Shown one piece after another: positions 1-10,680 of a DNA stretch of 64,000 nt. The notes beneath the pieces were generated by a model that saw only the letters and a list, made by a program, of their open reading frames with translations, did no database searches and was not told where the DNA came from. Source of the DNA: Prorocentrum cordatum (taxonomy: Eukaryota). Numbering within the stretch: the stretch's first letter is position 1; each line of letters opens with the position of its first letter. The stretch is from the NCBI GenBank assembly GCA_963575745.1, contig CAUYUJ010000001.1, forward strand, positions 248,001 through 312,000, written 5' to 3'. The position numbers and the translations under genes are program-made.

Positions 1-3000
1 ACAAACCAAAAGCCCGACGGCGCTGATTCCAAGTCCGCCGCGGCGAGCGGCTGGGGTTCCTCTCGAGCCCCCCTGTAACTTGCCACCGCCAGGCTTGGCC
101 CTGAAGGGGGCCCCCGAGCGCCGACCCGCCGGCGCCGCGGCGCCTCCCGCGCCGACGCCGTGGCCGCGATCGAACGCAGAGGGTCCAGGATCAGCTCTCC
201 CTCAGGACCTCGCCCTGGGTCCAGTGAGGGCTCGGGTGCCCCCCGCGCATTGGCCAGCTGGCGCGGGGCCCCCCCGCCTCTCTTCAAACTCTCAAGGGCT
301 CCCTCTTGAAAGCATTTCGAAGCCTACCTGCCGTGGAAAATTGCAATGCGCACGGCGATCCCCGGGCGCCGCCTGGCCCGGGTCTGGGCCGCCGGAGGCC
401 CGCGGGCCCCGGGAAGGGGCCCCCTCGACGCTTCCCAGGGAAAACTTGCCAATTCCTTCAGGCGTGGCACTATAGGCAGCTCACGGAACCCACTCGCATG
501 TCTCTGCTGGCTGCCCCGCCCTCGCCATCGGACATGGGCGCCCCCCCCCCCCCCCTCGGAAACCGTGCCGGCGGACTCAAGCAAGCGGCCCGCGGGGGCC
601 CCCTTCTCGGCTGCGCCCGTGGCGCGAGCCATCCAGCCCTAGGGTATCGGGGGGAAGACCTGGACCTCCTGCGCCTCGATCAGGAAGCCTCTCTTGGCCG
701 CCGAGGAGTTGTGGGCCCCGTCGTCGGCCTGTCGCCCCAGCAGCAGATGCTCCGCCGCCGGCGCGACGCCCGCGCGCCTTTCGATCGATCACTTCCCGCT
801 CCGCGCCCATGAGCTCGCGCAAGTGGGCCGGCCAATGCGCTCGGTCAGGCTGGCCCGCGCCTCCTGCCGAAGGAGGCTTAACGCGTGATCAGGGTCACTT
901 TTCTCGGGGGTGATGCGTGGCGGCGTTCCGGCGCCCCGCGGCTTCAACGCGGGGCCAATTTTTTCCGGCGCGCCGCGGGTGTCCGCGCAGGGCGCCGCCC
1001 AAGGAGAGCGATCGTCCCAGGGGGGCCTCGCCGCCGTCCGGATGGAGTCTTGCGCAGGCGAGCAGTCGATGAAAAATTCCCAATTCGGGCGGTCACCTGC
1101 CGCAGCCCACCCGTCAACATATCCGTCAAAACACGAGCGCCCCAACTCATCCAGCGTGAAATTCCAATCGGCATGGTGACGGCAGGCGGCCCCATGAGCC
1201 TCAAATAGTTCCCAATCTCCGACGCGAGGGCGAGGCTGGGTTCCGCGAGCCTCACTCCCACCGCAAAAGAAGCCGACGCGCACGCAATGTCTACGCCCCG
1301 GGAACGCACCCATTGCACCGCCCACTGGCTCGGCAGCGCTGGGGGCGTCTGAGTTCAACAACTTCTCCTCGGTCCTTGGCGCCTTGGCGTGGAAATCGGA
1401 CCTGCTGGTAACTGCCGCGGCCCCGTGTCTCTGGCGCCCTCCGTCGATTGTCGCCTGGGCGCGGGCCAGGTCTCCGCCCCGCCTAGTTTGCGCAATCTCT
1501 TCGCCTTCTCCGTGAGCTTGGGCCCCATCGGGCGGCGCTCCGCGAAGGCGACGAGGCGGGGGCGCGGGTGCATCTGCCTGTTGCGCTTCAGAGTGCGTGA
1601 GAGACCAGTCCATCATTGCCGCCGTAGCTAATGGGATTGGCAAAGTAGAACCCGCACTCATCCACGCCCCCTTTAAAGCCTGCTTCCGACCGTGGCTTCG
1701 AGGCTGAACTCCCGCAGGGCGCGCCCGCTGTCCGGGTGGTTACCGAACTCGCCTGGACTCTATCACCAAGCGTGCCTTCTGCCTTCTCTTCGCGGGAAGG
1801 TGAGTGTGGCATCGGAGAAGAGGAAGAGGACATGCTCCGAAAACAACCTGGTGCGCTCACTAGTAGCCAAGACCGCGCGGTGCCCCCCGCAACACCTGCA
1901 ACCGCTCGCCAAACTTCACTTCCGTCCATTCCCACTGCCACGTCAGACAAAATATCCTTGCCGTGGCCCCCCTGGCTGTCGACAAAGCTGTGGAAGATGT
2001 CATTTGGGCCTGCCGGGCCCTCCGCTTCGAAGTCGACTCCCAGGCTAGGACCCACCTGGCCGCGTAGCCTGCGCTTGCCCTCGAAGCCGTCGTCATAAGA
2101 CTCGCTACCCTCGCCGTGGTCGCCTGATGGAGCTCAAGACACGGAATCGTGCCAGCATGTTCCGCTTCTCATCTTTAACTGCTCCCCGAAAGGCGTCAAC
2201 ATCTGCGTCTTCGGGTTCGTCAGCTGCGGTTGGTCCACCATTTCCTGCGCCTGGGCTCCCAGTTCCATTAGCAGTAGGATGTGCCCTGGTCCGAGCCACC
2301 CCCTTCTCTTTGACCTTGTCATGGTGTCGCTTCTAGGCGTCGGGCTGCGCCTGCCTCTCGGTCGCCACTTGGGCGGTTGCGATGGCGTCCTCCTGCTCCT
2401 TCTCCCTCTGGATGGCTGCAGCACGCTTGCGCTCCAAATCCGCCAAGGGGTGCCCCGCGTTCGTGTGCTGTGTGAACTGTGGCTTGAGTTCCTGCAACAC
2501 CTGGCGGCCTCTTTGACCTTAACCTGGGAACCCTCGATGCTTGCCTTATCACGTTCCGCATCCAAATCCCGACTCGCCTTGGTAAACATATCGATCCGTT
2601 TTCGACATGTCTCTGCTTCGCCACCCTTCGGGCAAATCAACACTGTTTGGACCTTGGTGTGACCCTTGCGCACCCGCGCGAACCCCCCACGCCTCTTTTT
2701 GGGCATTTTGTCGAACTTGGATGTGGGAAGCGCAATCAGCTTGGATTGAACCTCGAACTTGGCTGCCCATGCTGTGGGGGGTCCCCTTTGCACCGCTGGG
2801 ACCTCCCCCCCGCCGAAGCAACTGTGTCCGTGTCCTCTGCCTTGTCAGCAATCGTCCTGGGCGCATATGCCCCGCGCGCGCATGGAACGCGCGAGGCCTA
2901 GTTCGCCGATTTGCCACATTGCCCGCACCCCCAGAACGGGGTACCTGGCCCCTTGAAAATGGTACGGCCATCTGCCCTGCGCCCCTGCTCCATCACGAGC

Positions 3001-3126
3001 TCACAGGAAGAAACCTCGTCCGAACTGGCAGAGGGGGGATGCTCTCGGGGGCCGTCTCGTCCCCCGAACGTCAAAAGGTCAGGTCCTGAGCCGAACCACT
3101 ACGGACTTGAACACAAATGGCTACAG
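1..3126 (-). mobile_element. Decayed non-LTR retrotransposon (LINE): ORF1-like coiled-coil remnant plus APE endonuclease remnant; runs off the window start
   Basis: Minus-strand frames give APE-like motifs: FYFANPISYG (about 1650-1620), GG box (PVGGAM), ADWNFTLDEL (GDxN-like) and PWDDRSP (SDH-like). There is a charged/coiled-coil stretch at 2150-2650 and SL relics at the 5' end. Many frameshifts. Confidence 0.5.
3085..3126 (-). other. Two tandem degenerate dinoflagellate spliced-leader relics
   Basis: Minus strand reads CTGTAGCCATTTGTGTTCAAG (17/21 to CCGTAGCCATTTTGGCTCAAG), immediately followed by TCCGTAGTGGTTCGGCTCAGG. Abuts a (CCT)n tract at 3127-3172. Confidence 0.7.
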
Positions 3127-3650
3127 CCCTCCTCCTCCTCCTCCTCCTCCTCCTCCTCCTCCTCCCTCCTCCAGCGCCATCTCGAGAGGCCAACAACCTG
3201 GAATCGGCGGCACGTCGCCGATGAAACGGCAATCAGTCGCCGATGGCGAATCCGAGCATTCCTGGACAGGGTGGGCCATCGGGCCCCTGTCGGCGATGAG
3301 TGCGCGATCTGGGGGTCGATGCATTCCCTCCTGCGCCTATCCCCACCCCACCCTACACTTGCCCCTGAGAGGGGCGGCTGGCTCCACTTGGTTCCACAAA
3401 CACGTTCAGCCAGAGGGTATGATAATAGCCCGTGAGTGCTGACCCCCGTTTGTGCGCGCCCCCGCAAGATCCGATCGTCTCCCTCGGAGGGCTGACATTC
3501 GATCCTCAGGACATGTTTATTCCTTCATCCTCCCCCCCCACTCGATCTCCGACGCCCGATCCCCAAGACCCATCATCAATGACCCAGCTCGCCAGCGCCG
3601 CCGCGGCGTCCGCTCTGCCTCGTCGCGATCGCCGCTGCTGCCATCGTCAT

Positions 3651-3685
<35 letters not shown>

Positions 3686-4569
3686 CCGTGGCGTCGTCGT
3701 CGCCGTCGCCGTCGTCGTCGTCGTCGTGGTCCTCATCTCCCTATCTTCCTATCCCCATATCCTTAGCCCTGTGTCCCTATCCCTCCCCCGATCTCCATCC
3801 CGATCCCCCCATCGTGGCCCCCCTTCGTGACCCTCCATTGTGCCCCCCATCATGCCATCGTAAAGCTGATGAGGGTCTTCTGCCGCAAAGGTGTCCTTTG
3901 ACAGCGCGAGCATCCGGGTCTAGAAAACCACGACCATTAATGTGTACGTGCTGGGGACACCAAAAGGTACCGATACTGCTACTCCCCGGGCCTCTCCTGG
4001 GGTGAATCCTGCCCAGGGTTTCGAGGCGAATACAGCGGTGAATGGGGAAAAGGGCAAAGGGTAGCAGTATGGGTATGTTTTCCTCCTCTGACGTGCGTCT
4101 CTCTGTTCGCTCTGGGCCGTGGGTCCCTGCCCTTCACGATGCTCGAGCCAGGCGCGCAGTCTCGTAATCTGCGGCAGTCTCGGCAGTCTCGTAGTCGGGC
4201 CGTGAGCAACGAACCTCTGCGGCAGTCTCGTATACTCGGGCTCGAGGGACGTGCGCCCCGATCCCCCCCCCTCCCTCCTCCTCGCACTCCTCCTCCTCCT
4301 CGTCCTCCTCCTCCTCCTCCTCGTCCTCCTCCCCGTCCTCCTCCTCCTCCTCCTCGTCGTCGTCGTCCTCCTCCTCCTCCTCCTCTTCTTCTTCTTCTGA
4401 TTATTCTTATGTATTTTTTTCTTCTTCTTCTTCTTCTTCTTTTTTCCTCCTCTTCCTCCTCTTCCTCCTCCCCCTACTCTTTCCTACTCCTCCTCCTCCG
4501 CTTCCTTCCCTCCCCCCTCCTCCTCATCCTCCTCCTCGTCCTCGTCCTCCCTCATAAACCTCCAAATGA

Positions 4570-4800
4570 ACGTTTTCTGATTCGGCGTCTCGACGCTGAG
4601 CGGAAAGGAAGGGGGGACGGGGGTGGATCTGGCTCCGGGCCTCTGCTTGATGCGGTTGATTGCAACAGAGCGTCCGATGTCGGAGACTCAAGCTGCTCGA
4701 AGCAGGCGCCCCAACCAGCCAAGATCAACTCCAGGGGGGGGGAGGAAGGGTGCGAAGGCCCGCGCCGATCGGCGAAGCAATGAATAAGAAAACGATCACA
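4570..4800 (+). repeat. Dispersed repeat family (other copies about 49230-49470 and 49675-49850)
   Basis: Shared motifs attcggcgt.tcgac, tctggctcc.g.cctctgctt, gctcgaa.caggcgccc, caagatc.actcca and ggcccgcgccgat.ggc.aa. Confidence 0.75.
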
Positions 4801-4937
4801 CCGATCTGGTGTTTCCGATCCCGGTGTTTCCCTTCAATGTTGGCATCCGGGGCAGGATCTCGGGCCCGGGGAATATCAAGGGTGGACCAGGAACGAAACA
4901 CTTACAGTCAGGCTGCTGAAATGAGAAACGCCAAATA

Positions 4938-5113
4938 CAGTGGAGGCCAGTCCACAAGGAATCTTCCACAAGAAACCCAACCCTGAGACCCCATGACGTC
5001 CATTGATTCTTGGTGTGGGAACGTCATGCTTTCCATCGCGAAACCATCAAAACCGAAGAAACCCAGGGCACCCTGGAGGCAAACAGGGTGTTTCTTGGCA
5101 TGGGCCCCCACTG
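4938..5113. mobile_element. Tc1/mariner-type MITE (about 176 bp), copy 1 of 4
   Basis: TA|CAGTGGAGGCC ... GGCCCCCACTG|TA terminal inverted repeats with TA duplication. Body shared with 6246-6411, 21138-21312 and 21933-22109. Confidence 0.8.
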
Positions 5114-6245
5114 TACAGAACGTCGAGCCCCTTCCGAACCCACACTGCGCCTCATTTCAGCATCTTGGCAGTAATATTGCCTTGGGGAAGCGCGACAAAC
5201 TTCGCGTTCTGGCGCCGCCCCCCCCGGGGATAAGAGGAAGACGGACGAGGAGGAATCGGAGCCGAACCGCGAAGCGCGAACAACTTCGCGCCCTCGAGGG
5301 CGCTCTGGTTGAGGCAATCGTGCTGGAGGAGGTCAGTTAAGCAGGGACCGACCGCCCCAGCATTCTCATAGCACGACATGTTCTTCGAACCCCAACATGT
5401 TCTAAGATCAGCAACAAGGTTCTCAGAACATATAACCCGAAATGTTATCACAAGACAATCTCAACCCAACATGTTCTAAACACATTCCGTGCAGACCACA
5501 TAAGGTTCTTGGAGAACATGCTGGTGGGCTTGCAGGCAAGCCAAGACGCTTCGCCACTGCTCGAAATGCCCCTCCCTGCGGGCTCGTGCTGCAGGCGGGA
5601 TGTGGTCACAACAACGTGGACCAAGAGCGCGAGCCCTTTCGCCGAGGGCCAGAAAAGGACCCACGGATACACCCCTCACGGCCAACATCCCAGTCGGCGA
5701 CACGCAAGGATGACCCTAGACAGGAGTGGGAGGAGGAGGAGGAAGGAGGAAGGAGAAGGATGAAGGCCAGGAGGAAGGTGGAGAAGGAGGAACACCAGCA
5801 GCAGCAATATCAGGGGCAGGTGCAGGAGGAAAGTCATGATGATGTGACCTTGAGTGCGCGGATGCAGGGGGCGCAAGCTGGCCAAATCCAAGCGCGCAAG
5901 CAACCACTACCGCATTGCGCCCTATGATCGGGGGGGGGGGGCCGGTGAGCCAGCACCAGAGATCACTGCGGCGAAGGGTCACTCTCGCGTGCAATCAATC
6001 CGAGGAGGGGAGCACAAACAGGAACGGTACCCCTCCAAAGCCCGGGCTGTTCTGAACCCTCGTGCCAGCTGCACCTCTACTACTAGAAGTGTCCACAGCT
6101 CTGGCGCCGCCCCCGGGGGGAGAGAGGGAAGTGAGTCAGGAAGGGGTCCACAGTAGGACGTACGCGCCCCACCACGTAAATGAACACGCCCCTCTAATCC
6201 GCTAGACCTGCCGCGTGATACGAACGTTCGCGCAATGCGTATGTA

Positions 6246-6411
6246 CAGTGGAGGCCAGTCCACAAGAGATCTTCCACAAGAACCCAACCCTGAGACCCCA
6301 GGACTTCCATCGATTCTTGGTTTGGGAGCGTCGCGCTTTCCATAGCAAAATGCAATCGAAACCCAAGAAACCCAGGGCACCCTGGAGGCAAGCAGGGTGT
6401 TTCTGCCTCTG
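6246..6411. mobile_element. Tc1/mariner-type MITE, copy 2 (right TIR partly deleted)
   Basis: Starts TA|CAGTGGAGGCCAGTCCACAAG; colinear with 4938-5113. Confidence 0.75.
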
Positions 6412-6583
6412 TATGTAGTCCCGAAACCAGCGTGGATTCCTGTGCGTGTACGTCCTTCTGCCGTTCCTGAAAGGGGGCGGCGCCGTCGGCGCCCTCGCCG
6501 CCCGCCGACAGCGCCGCGCCTCCTGCGGCGATGCCCAGGCGGCCCCCGCGACGGTGACGCGCCCAGGCTGGGCGCGAATGAAT

Positions 6584-7200
6584 TCGAGGCCTCCTAGATG
6601 GGGTCGAAGTAGATGGGGTCGGAGGATCGCGCCGCATCGCCGATGCATCGGCGATGCACCGGCGATGCGTCGTCGACGTGGGCGATGCATCGGCAACGTC
6701 GACGTGGAGCAAACTGGGCACCACATCGAGCCGCATCGGCGATGCATCGGCGATGCGGCGCGATCCTCCGACCCAATGTATGTGGACCCCATCGGGAGAA
6801 ATGCGGGGGCAGCGAGGGTTGCAAAAAAAGGGGCCCTCTGGGGCCCATCAGGGAGCCCTCGAGGGCCCGAATGGGGAGGCCTTGAGGGTCCCAGACGGGC
6901 ACCTTGCTTCGCCCCCCATTACTCTAGGCCTCCTATTTCTGAAACCCTCCCTGCCCCTCATCTATCAAGAGGCTTCCTAGATGGGGTCCGAATGCACGGG
7001 GTCGGAAAATCGCGCCGCATCGCCGATGCATCGCCGATACATCGCCGATGCATCGGCGATGCAATAGCGACGTCGGCGATGCATCGGCGACGTCGGCGCG
7101 GAGAAAATCGGGCTCCACATCGAGCCGCACCGCCGATGCATCGGCGATGCGGCGCAATCCTCCGATCCCATCTACTTCGACCCAATCTGGGAGGCCTCGA
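6584..7200. repeat. Composite foldback/MITE built of catcg(c/g)cgatg palindromes; short relative at about 55412-55530
   Basis: tcgaggcctcctagatggggtcgaagtagatggggtcggaggatcgcgccgcatcgccgatgca at 6584 is an imperfect inverse of 7137-7200. Each half (about 6590-6800 and 6975-7200) is itself a hairpin. Confidence 0.8.
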
Positions 7201-7477
7201 TTATCGCCCCCCGGTACGCGTCCTCTGACCCGGGGGGGAGTGAATGGAACTTGCCTTCTCAGAAGGCGGCGGGGCTTCTCGGACGCACCCCCGGCCTTCT
7301 GAGAAGCCCCCTGTCTCGCCATCTTCCGGGCGTCCGGTCCCCGTGCATGTTTCGGTTTCGTGCGCCTGTGTCTTCGCAGCGTGATCCAGGATGCTCCTCG
7401 ATGGCCCTCGCCGAGAAGATGCACACGTCCGAGCGATGCCAAGTCTCGGACGCACCCAGGCCTTTGAGAAGCCCTCT

Positions 7478-7649
7478 TCGGGGATGGACAGACCCCCCTT
7501 TAGCAAAACGTGGTTTAGTGAAAACGACCTGAGGCCCAAACCTGGCGGGCGCAAGCCTGGAAAATAACGGCCACGGCGCCCTCTCGAAAAACGAAAACGG
7601 ACAATTCACTAATCGACGTGTCACTGTTGGGGGTTCTGTCCACCCCCGA
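7478..7649. mobile_element. MITE-like element (second copy 55725-55894)
   Basis: TIRs tcggggatggacagacccccc / gggggttctgtccacccccga. Internal gaaaacgg.caattc.ctaatcgacgtgtca is shared with the 55.7-kb copy. Confidence 0.7.
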
Positions 7650-7665
7650 CCTCAGTCTCCAAAAG

Positions 7666-7829
7666 GAGAAAAACGCCATACACATAAACTTCCGGCGCTC
7701 CGCGCGGATCTCTCGGGTCCGCGCTGGACCCCCGGAGCGCGCCAGGGACAACACCGCCAGGGGGTTCCCCGTGCGGAGCCGAGCAATCCGCGCGGAGCGC
7801 CGACAGCTATGCTTGTGCCGTTTTTTCTC
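7666..7829. mobile_element. MITE-like hairpin family (other copies 17192-17410 and 21343-21532)
   Basis: Long imperfect TIRs of the form aaaacgccataaacataaact..ggcgctccgcgcggat / atccgcgc.gagcgcc.a...ttatg.tt.tgccgtttt in all three copies. Confidence 0.75.
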
Positions 7830-8045
7830 TTCTTCGGGCACCCCTTCCCCGTGCATCGGGCACCCCTTCCTCGGCATGGCCATCGCCATCGCCATAGCTC
7901 GGGCACCTCCATCGCCATCGCCTTCCTCGGCATCGGCATCGCCATCTTCGGGCGTCGCTATCCCCGTGCATCGGGCACCCCTTCCCCATGTATGTCTCGC
8001 CATCGCTCGGGCAAGCCCTTCCCCGTGCATCCTTCGGCGTCGGCT

Positions 8046-8144
8046 TGACTAGATGGTTTTGAACCAACACGACTATGGAGCGAACCCGCCCCTCACAATT
8101 CCTCACAGTTCCTTACCAAGGGTTATGAAGAATGCACTGCTACA
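8046..8144 (-). repeat. 3' LTR (99 bp)
   Basis: 98/99 identical to 14433-14531; the single difference is G at 8108 versus A. TG/CA termini. Confidence 0.97.
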
Positions 8145-8153
8145 CTCCTCCTC
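8145..8153 (-). promoter_or_regulatory. Polypurine tract
   Basis: GAGGAGGAG on the minus strand, directly before the 3' LTR. Confidence 0.85.
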
Positions 8154-8259
8154 GGCCAGGCGCCCTCGCGCCGCCGCCGAACAGCAGGCATTGAAACGCA
8201 AGCAGGCGCCCTCGCGCCTTCACATCTTTCCTCGGCCGAACCTCCGGCCCAAGTCGTAA

Positions 8260-10113
8260 CTAAACCGCTGCCCTCAGGGACAGCTCACTTCTACCGTCTT
8301 GAATCACAAACCCGCACCTGTCCATGAAAAAATCGATCTTGTCGCCGCTCAGGTGCTTCGTCATCAGGTCGGCAGTATTGAGCTCGCCTGGAACCTTATT
8401 CAACTTCGCAAGTTTCTCGTGGTAGATAGCTTGAACCCATAGATACTGTGCATGTAAGTGCCGCACCTTCCCGGCACCAAGCCTGAGCGCCATGCCACGC
8501 CCGGCTGTCGCATCCGTCTCGATGACTAGGCCTTTCGTCATGCCGTAGTCCTTGCACATGCTTTGAGCGCCAAGTCCCACGCTCGTCCCTCGAACAATCG
8601 CATAAAACTCCGACTCGCCACTCGATAAGGCAATCACAGATTGAGTGTTGGCGGTCGCCTTGAGCAGATGAACTCCATGATGAAGTGCAACTCCAGTAGT
8701 GCTCCTCCTTGTCAATACGAAGCCCGCATGATCTGAGTCGCAGGCTACCGTGATCTCGTCCGGCTCGTCCTGCTGGATGAACCGCTGTACTATTCTCGGC
8801 CGGCGTAGCAAGTAGCGTCCGATCCTCTTCACCATCTCCATGGCCACCTCGGTCGGCTTGCTCATCCACCTGGCCGCTTCCTTCGCCGCGTAGAGCAGGT
8901 GGATCCTGTCCATCGCGAGGTAGTTGATGCGCATGCAGACGCTCCTGTATAGCGCCGCCTCTGCAGTTCCAAGCGGAGGGGGCTCAAGCAGCTCCTCCGC
9001 CGTCCTCTTGATGCCTGGCGATGTCGCCGCCTTGCTGCCCTTGTCGAGTCCGAGCTCCAGCTGGCTCGTGACGATCTCGACGTGACGGGCGTCAGCTTCC
9101 CACTCCAAACACGGAACGCCGGCCTCGGTCTTGTTTAGCCTGACGGTCCTGTTGAGCAGCGTGATCTCCCGCAGGTAGCCGTCATCCCAGCCATGAATTC
9201 CTCGAACCTTCACAAGCAATCGCTTGGATAGCTCGGTCTTGAACCACTCCAGAGCGTCATCGTCGCCCTCGCTCGCGAAGTCGCCCCCGTGGTAGAACAA
9301 CAATGCGTTCTTCTCGTCGTGCCTGCACAGGCACGGGCAGAATACGCCGATCTTGAAACCCATCTCTCGCAGCACCTCCATCACCTTGTCAGCGAAGTTG
9401 GCCGCTGCGTCCCTCGCACCGTACATGCTCTTGAGCAGCAGCGCGCAATATCCTTCTCGGTGCCGTTCAGGAGGTAGCTGAACAAACACTCGTCGCCGAG
9501 CAGGACTGTGGAAGTGCGCCCTACCGATATCGATGAACATCAACTTGCGCCTCCGGCAGTCGCCCCGCTTCCGGCTCATCATCTTGCTGAACAACATCTT
9601 GACACCCTCCTGCGGCGGGGTCGCCGAGAACACGTCATCCCGGAAGATCCCAGCCCTCTGCTGCGCGTTCTTCAGCTCCTTCGCGACCAGCCTGCACCGT
9701 ATCTCCGGGCGCTCCGTATCGCCCTTGTTGACGTCTACCCACTTGACCGGGATGGGCTTCGCCTTGGTCTCCTCCCAACAGAGAGACTCCGGGACCTCCT
9801 GGAGCACCTCCATGTCGTCCATGCACTTGATCTCCTCCTCCCTGCCGGCCCGCGCCATCTTCGCGTCCAGCAGCTGGCCCGAGATATTGTCACGGAACTC
9901 CTCGTACTCCTCCATGTCCCAATTCGCAGCGTCCTCCTCGCAGGTGACGCCCACGGTGAACGCGCTCAGGTCGCCATTGACCCTCAGTTGGGCCGTCAGG
10001 CCCCTGAGGATTGCCGCCACTAGGGCAGGCGGGTAGTTCTGCGCCGGTCGCGTCCTCGCACTGCCAACCAGCGGTACATGAGCGTGCCACTGGCTCCTGG
10101 GCAGACTCTCGTT
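8260..10113 (-). CDS. pol: pol part 2: C-terminus of the DNMT-like domain, copia reverse transcriptase and RNase H
   Basis: RT motifs WVDVNKGD, RCRLVAKE, FSATPP, IDIGRAHF, KSMYG and HGGDF (catalytic HGDD mutated). RNase H motifs DSDHAG, RRSTTG, IALSSGESE, TDATA and NTADLMTK. The frame is open from 10113 to the stop at 8260. Confidence 0.95.
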   Translation of the reverse strand, partial: NESLPRSQWHAHVPLVGSARTRPAQNYPPALVAAILRGLTAQLRVNGDLSAFTVGVTCEEDAANWDMEEYEEFRDNISGQLLDAKMARAGREEEIKCMDDMEVLQEVPESLCWEETKAKPIPVKWVDVNKGDTERPEIRCRLVAKELKNAQQRAGIFRDDVFSATPPQEGVKMLFSKMMSRKRGDCRRRKLMFIDIGRAHFHSPARRRVFVQLPPERHREGYCALLLKSMYGARDAAANFADKVMEVLREMGFKIGVFCPCLCRHDEKNALLFYHGGDFASEGDDDALEWFKTELSKRLLVKVRGIHGWDDGYLREITLLNRTVRLNKTEAGVPCLEWEADARHVEIVTSQLELGLDKGSKAATSPGIKRTAEELLEPPPLGTAEAALYRSVCMRINYLAMDRIHLLYAAKEAARWMSKPTEVAMEMVKRIGRYLLRRPRIVQRFIQQDEPDEITVACDSDHAGFVLTRRSTTGVALHHGVHLLKATANTQSVIALSSGESEFYAIVRGTSVGLGAQSMCKDYGMTKGLVIETDATAGRGMALRLGAGKVRHLHAQYLWVQAIYHEKLAKLNKVPGELNTADLMTKHLSGDKIDFFMDRCGFVIQDGRSELSLRAAV

Positions 10114-10680
10114 CTCTCGCGCCGACGGGATACTTCAGCCAAAATACAGGGTGAGTTGCTCAGCCAGCCAGTGGGCTTGAGGACCAGCCTCATCTCGCCG
10201 TCGTAGTCGACCGTCTGCTGGCCGAAGCAGCATTGGTGCCCCGTCACGCGTGAGACACCCTCCATCTCCATCAGCTCGACCATGAAGTCTAGCTTCCAAC
10301 TCCAAGCTTGATCAGGATGTTCGCACAGGAAGTAGCGTCCTTCTCGCACTTGCTTCTTGTACTGCCTCACGCAGAATCGAAGGTGCCTCATGCCCTCGAT
10401 GACCTTCCGCTCGTACTCCTCCGGGTCGCGGTTCTTGTTCAGGTTCATGATGGCGCTGAACGCTCTGCACATCGGCGACCCAATCAGGACGTACGGCTTC
10501 TCATGGTCGATGATCTTCTCGCACAGCACCTGTCGGTCGGGATCCGACAGATCCCACTGCGCTCCGTTCTCGTCCTTCAGGCACAGGTCGAACGCGTGCC
10601 CCGGGTTGAGGCCAAACGACTCCGCCCTGCTGGTGAACTTGCCCGGCCCGAACAGCTCCGACACGTGCGCGCCGAAGAAG
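10000..10680 (-). CDS. C5 cytosine DNA methyltransferase-like domain inside pol
   Basis: Ordered motifs: ELFGPGKF (I, 10658-10635), AFDL (II), WDL (III), LIGSPMC (IV, 10481-10467), FLCEHP (VI, 10325-10314), HQCCFG, KPTGWLSN (VIII, 10178-10155) and AQNYPPALVAAI (X, from 10044). Split by a frameshift at a GAGAG run (10114-10118). Confidence 0.75.

Noticed and set aside
2120..2140. In-frame TGA upstream of the APE frame of the first LINE as a second readthrough site
   Set aside because: The context is TGA-GCT, and the element is too frameshifted to know the true ORF1 frame.
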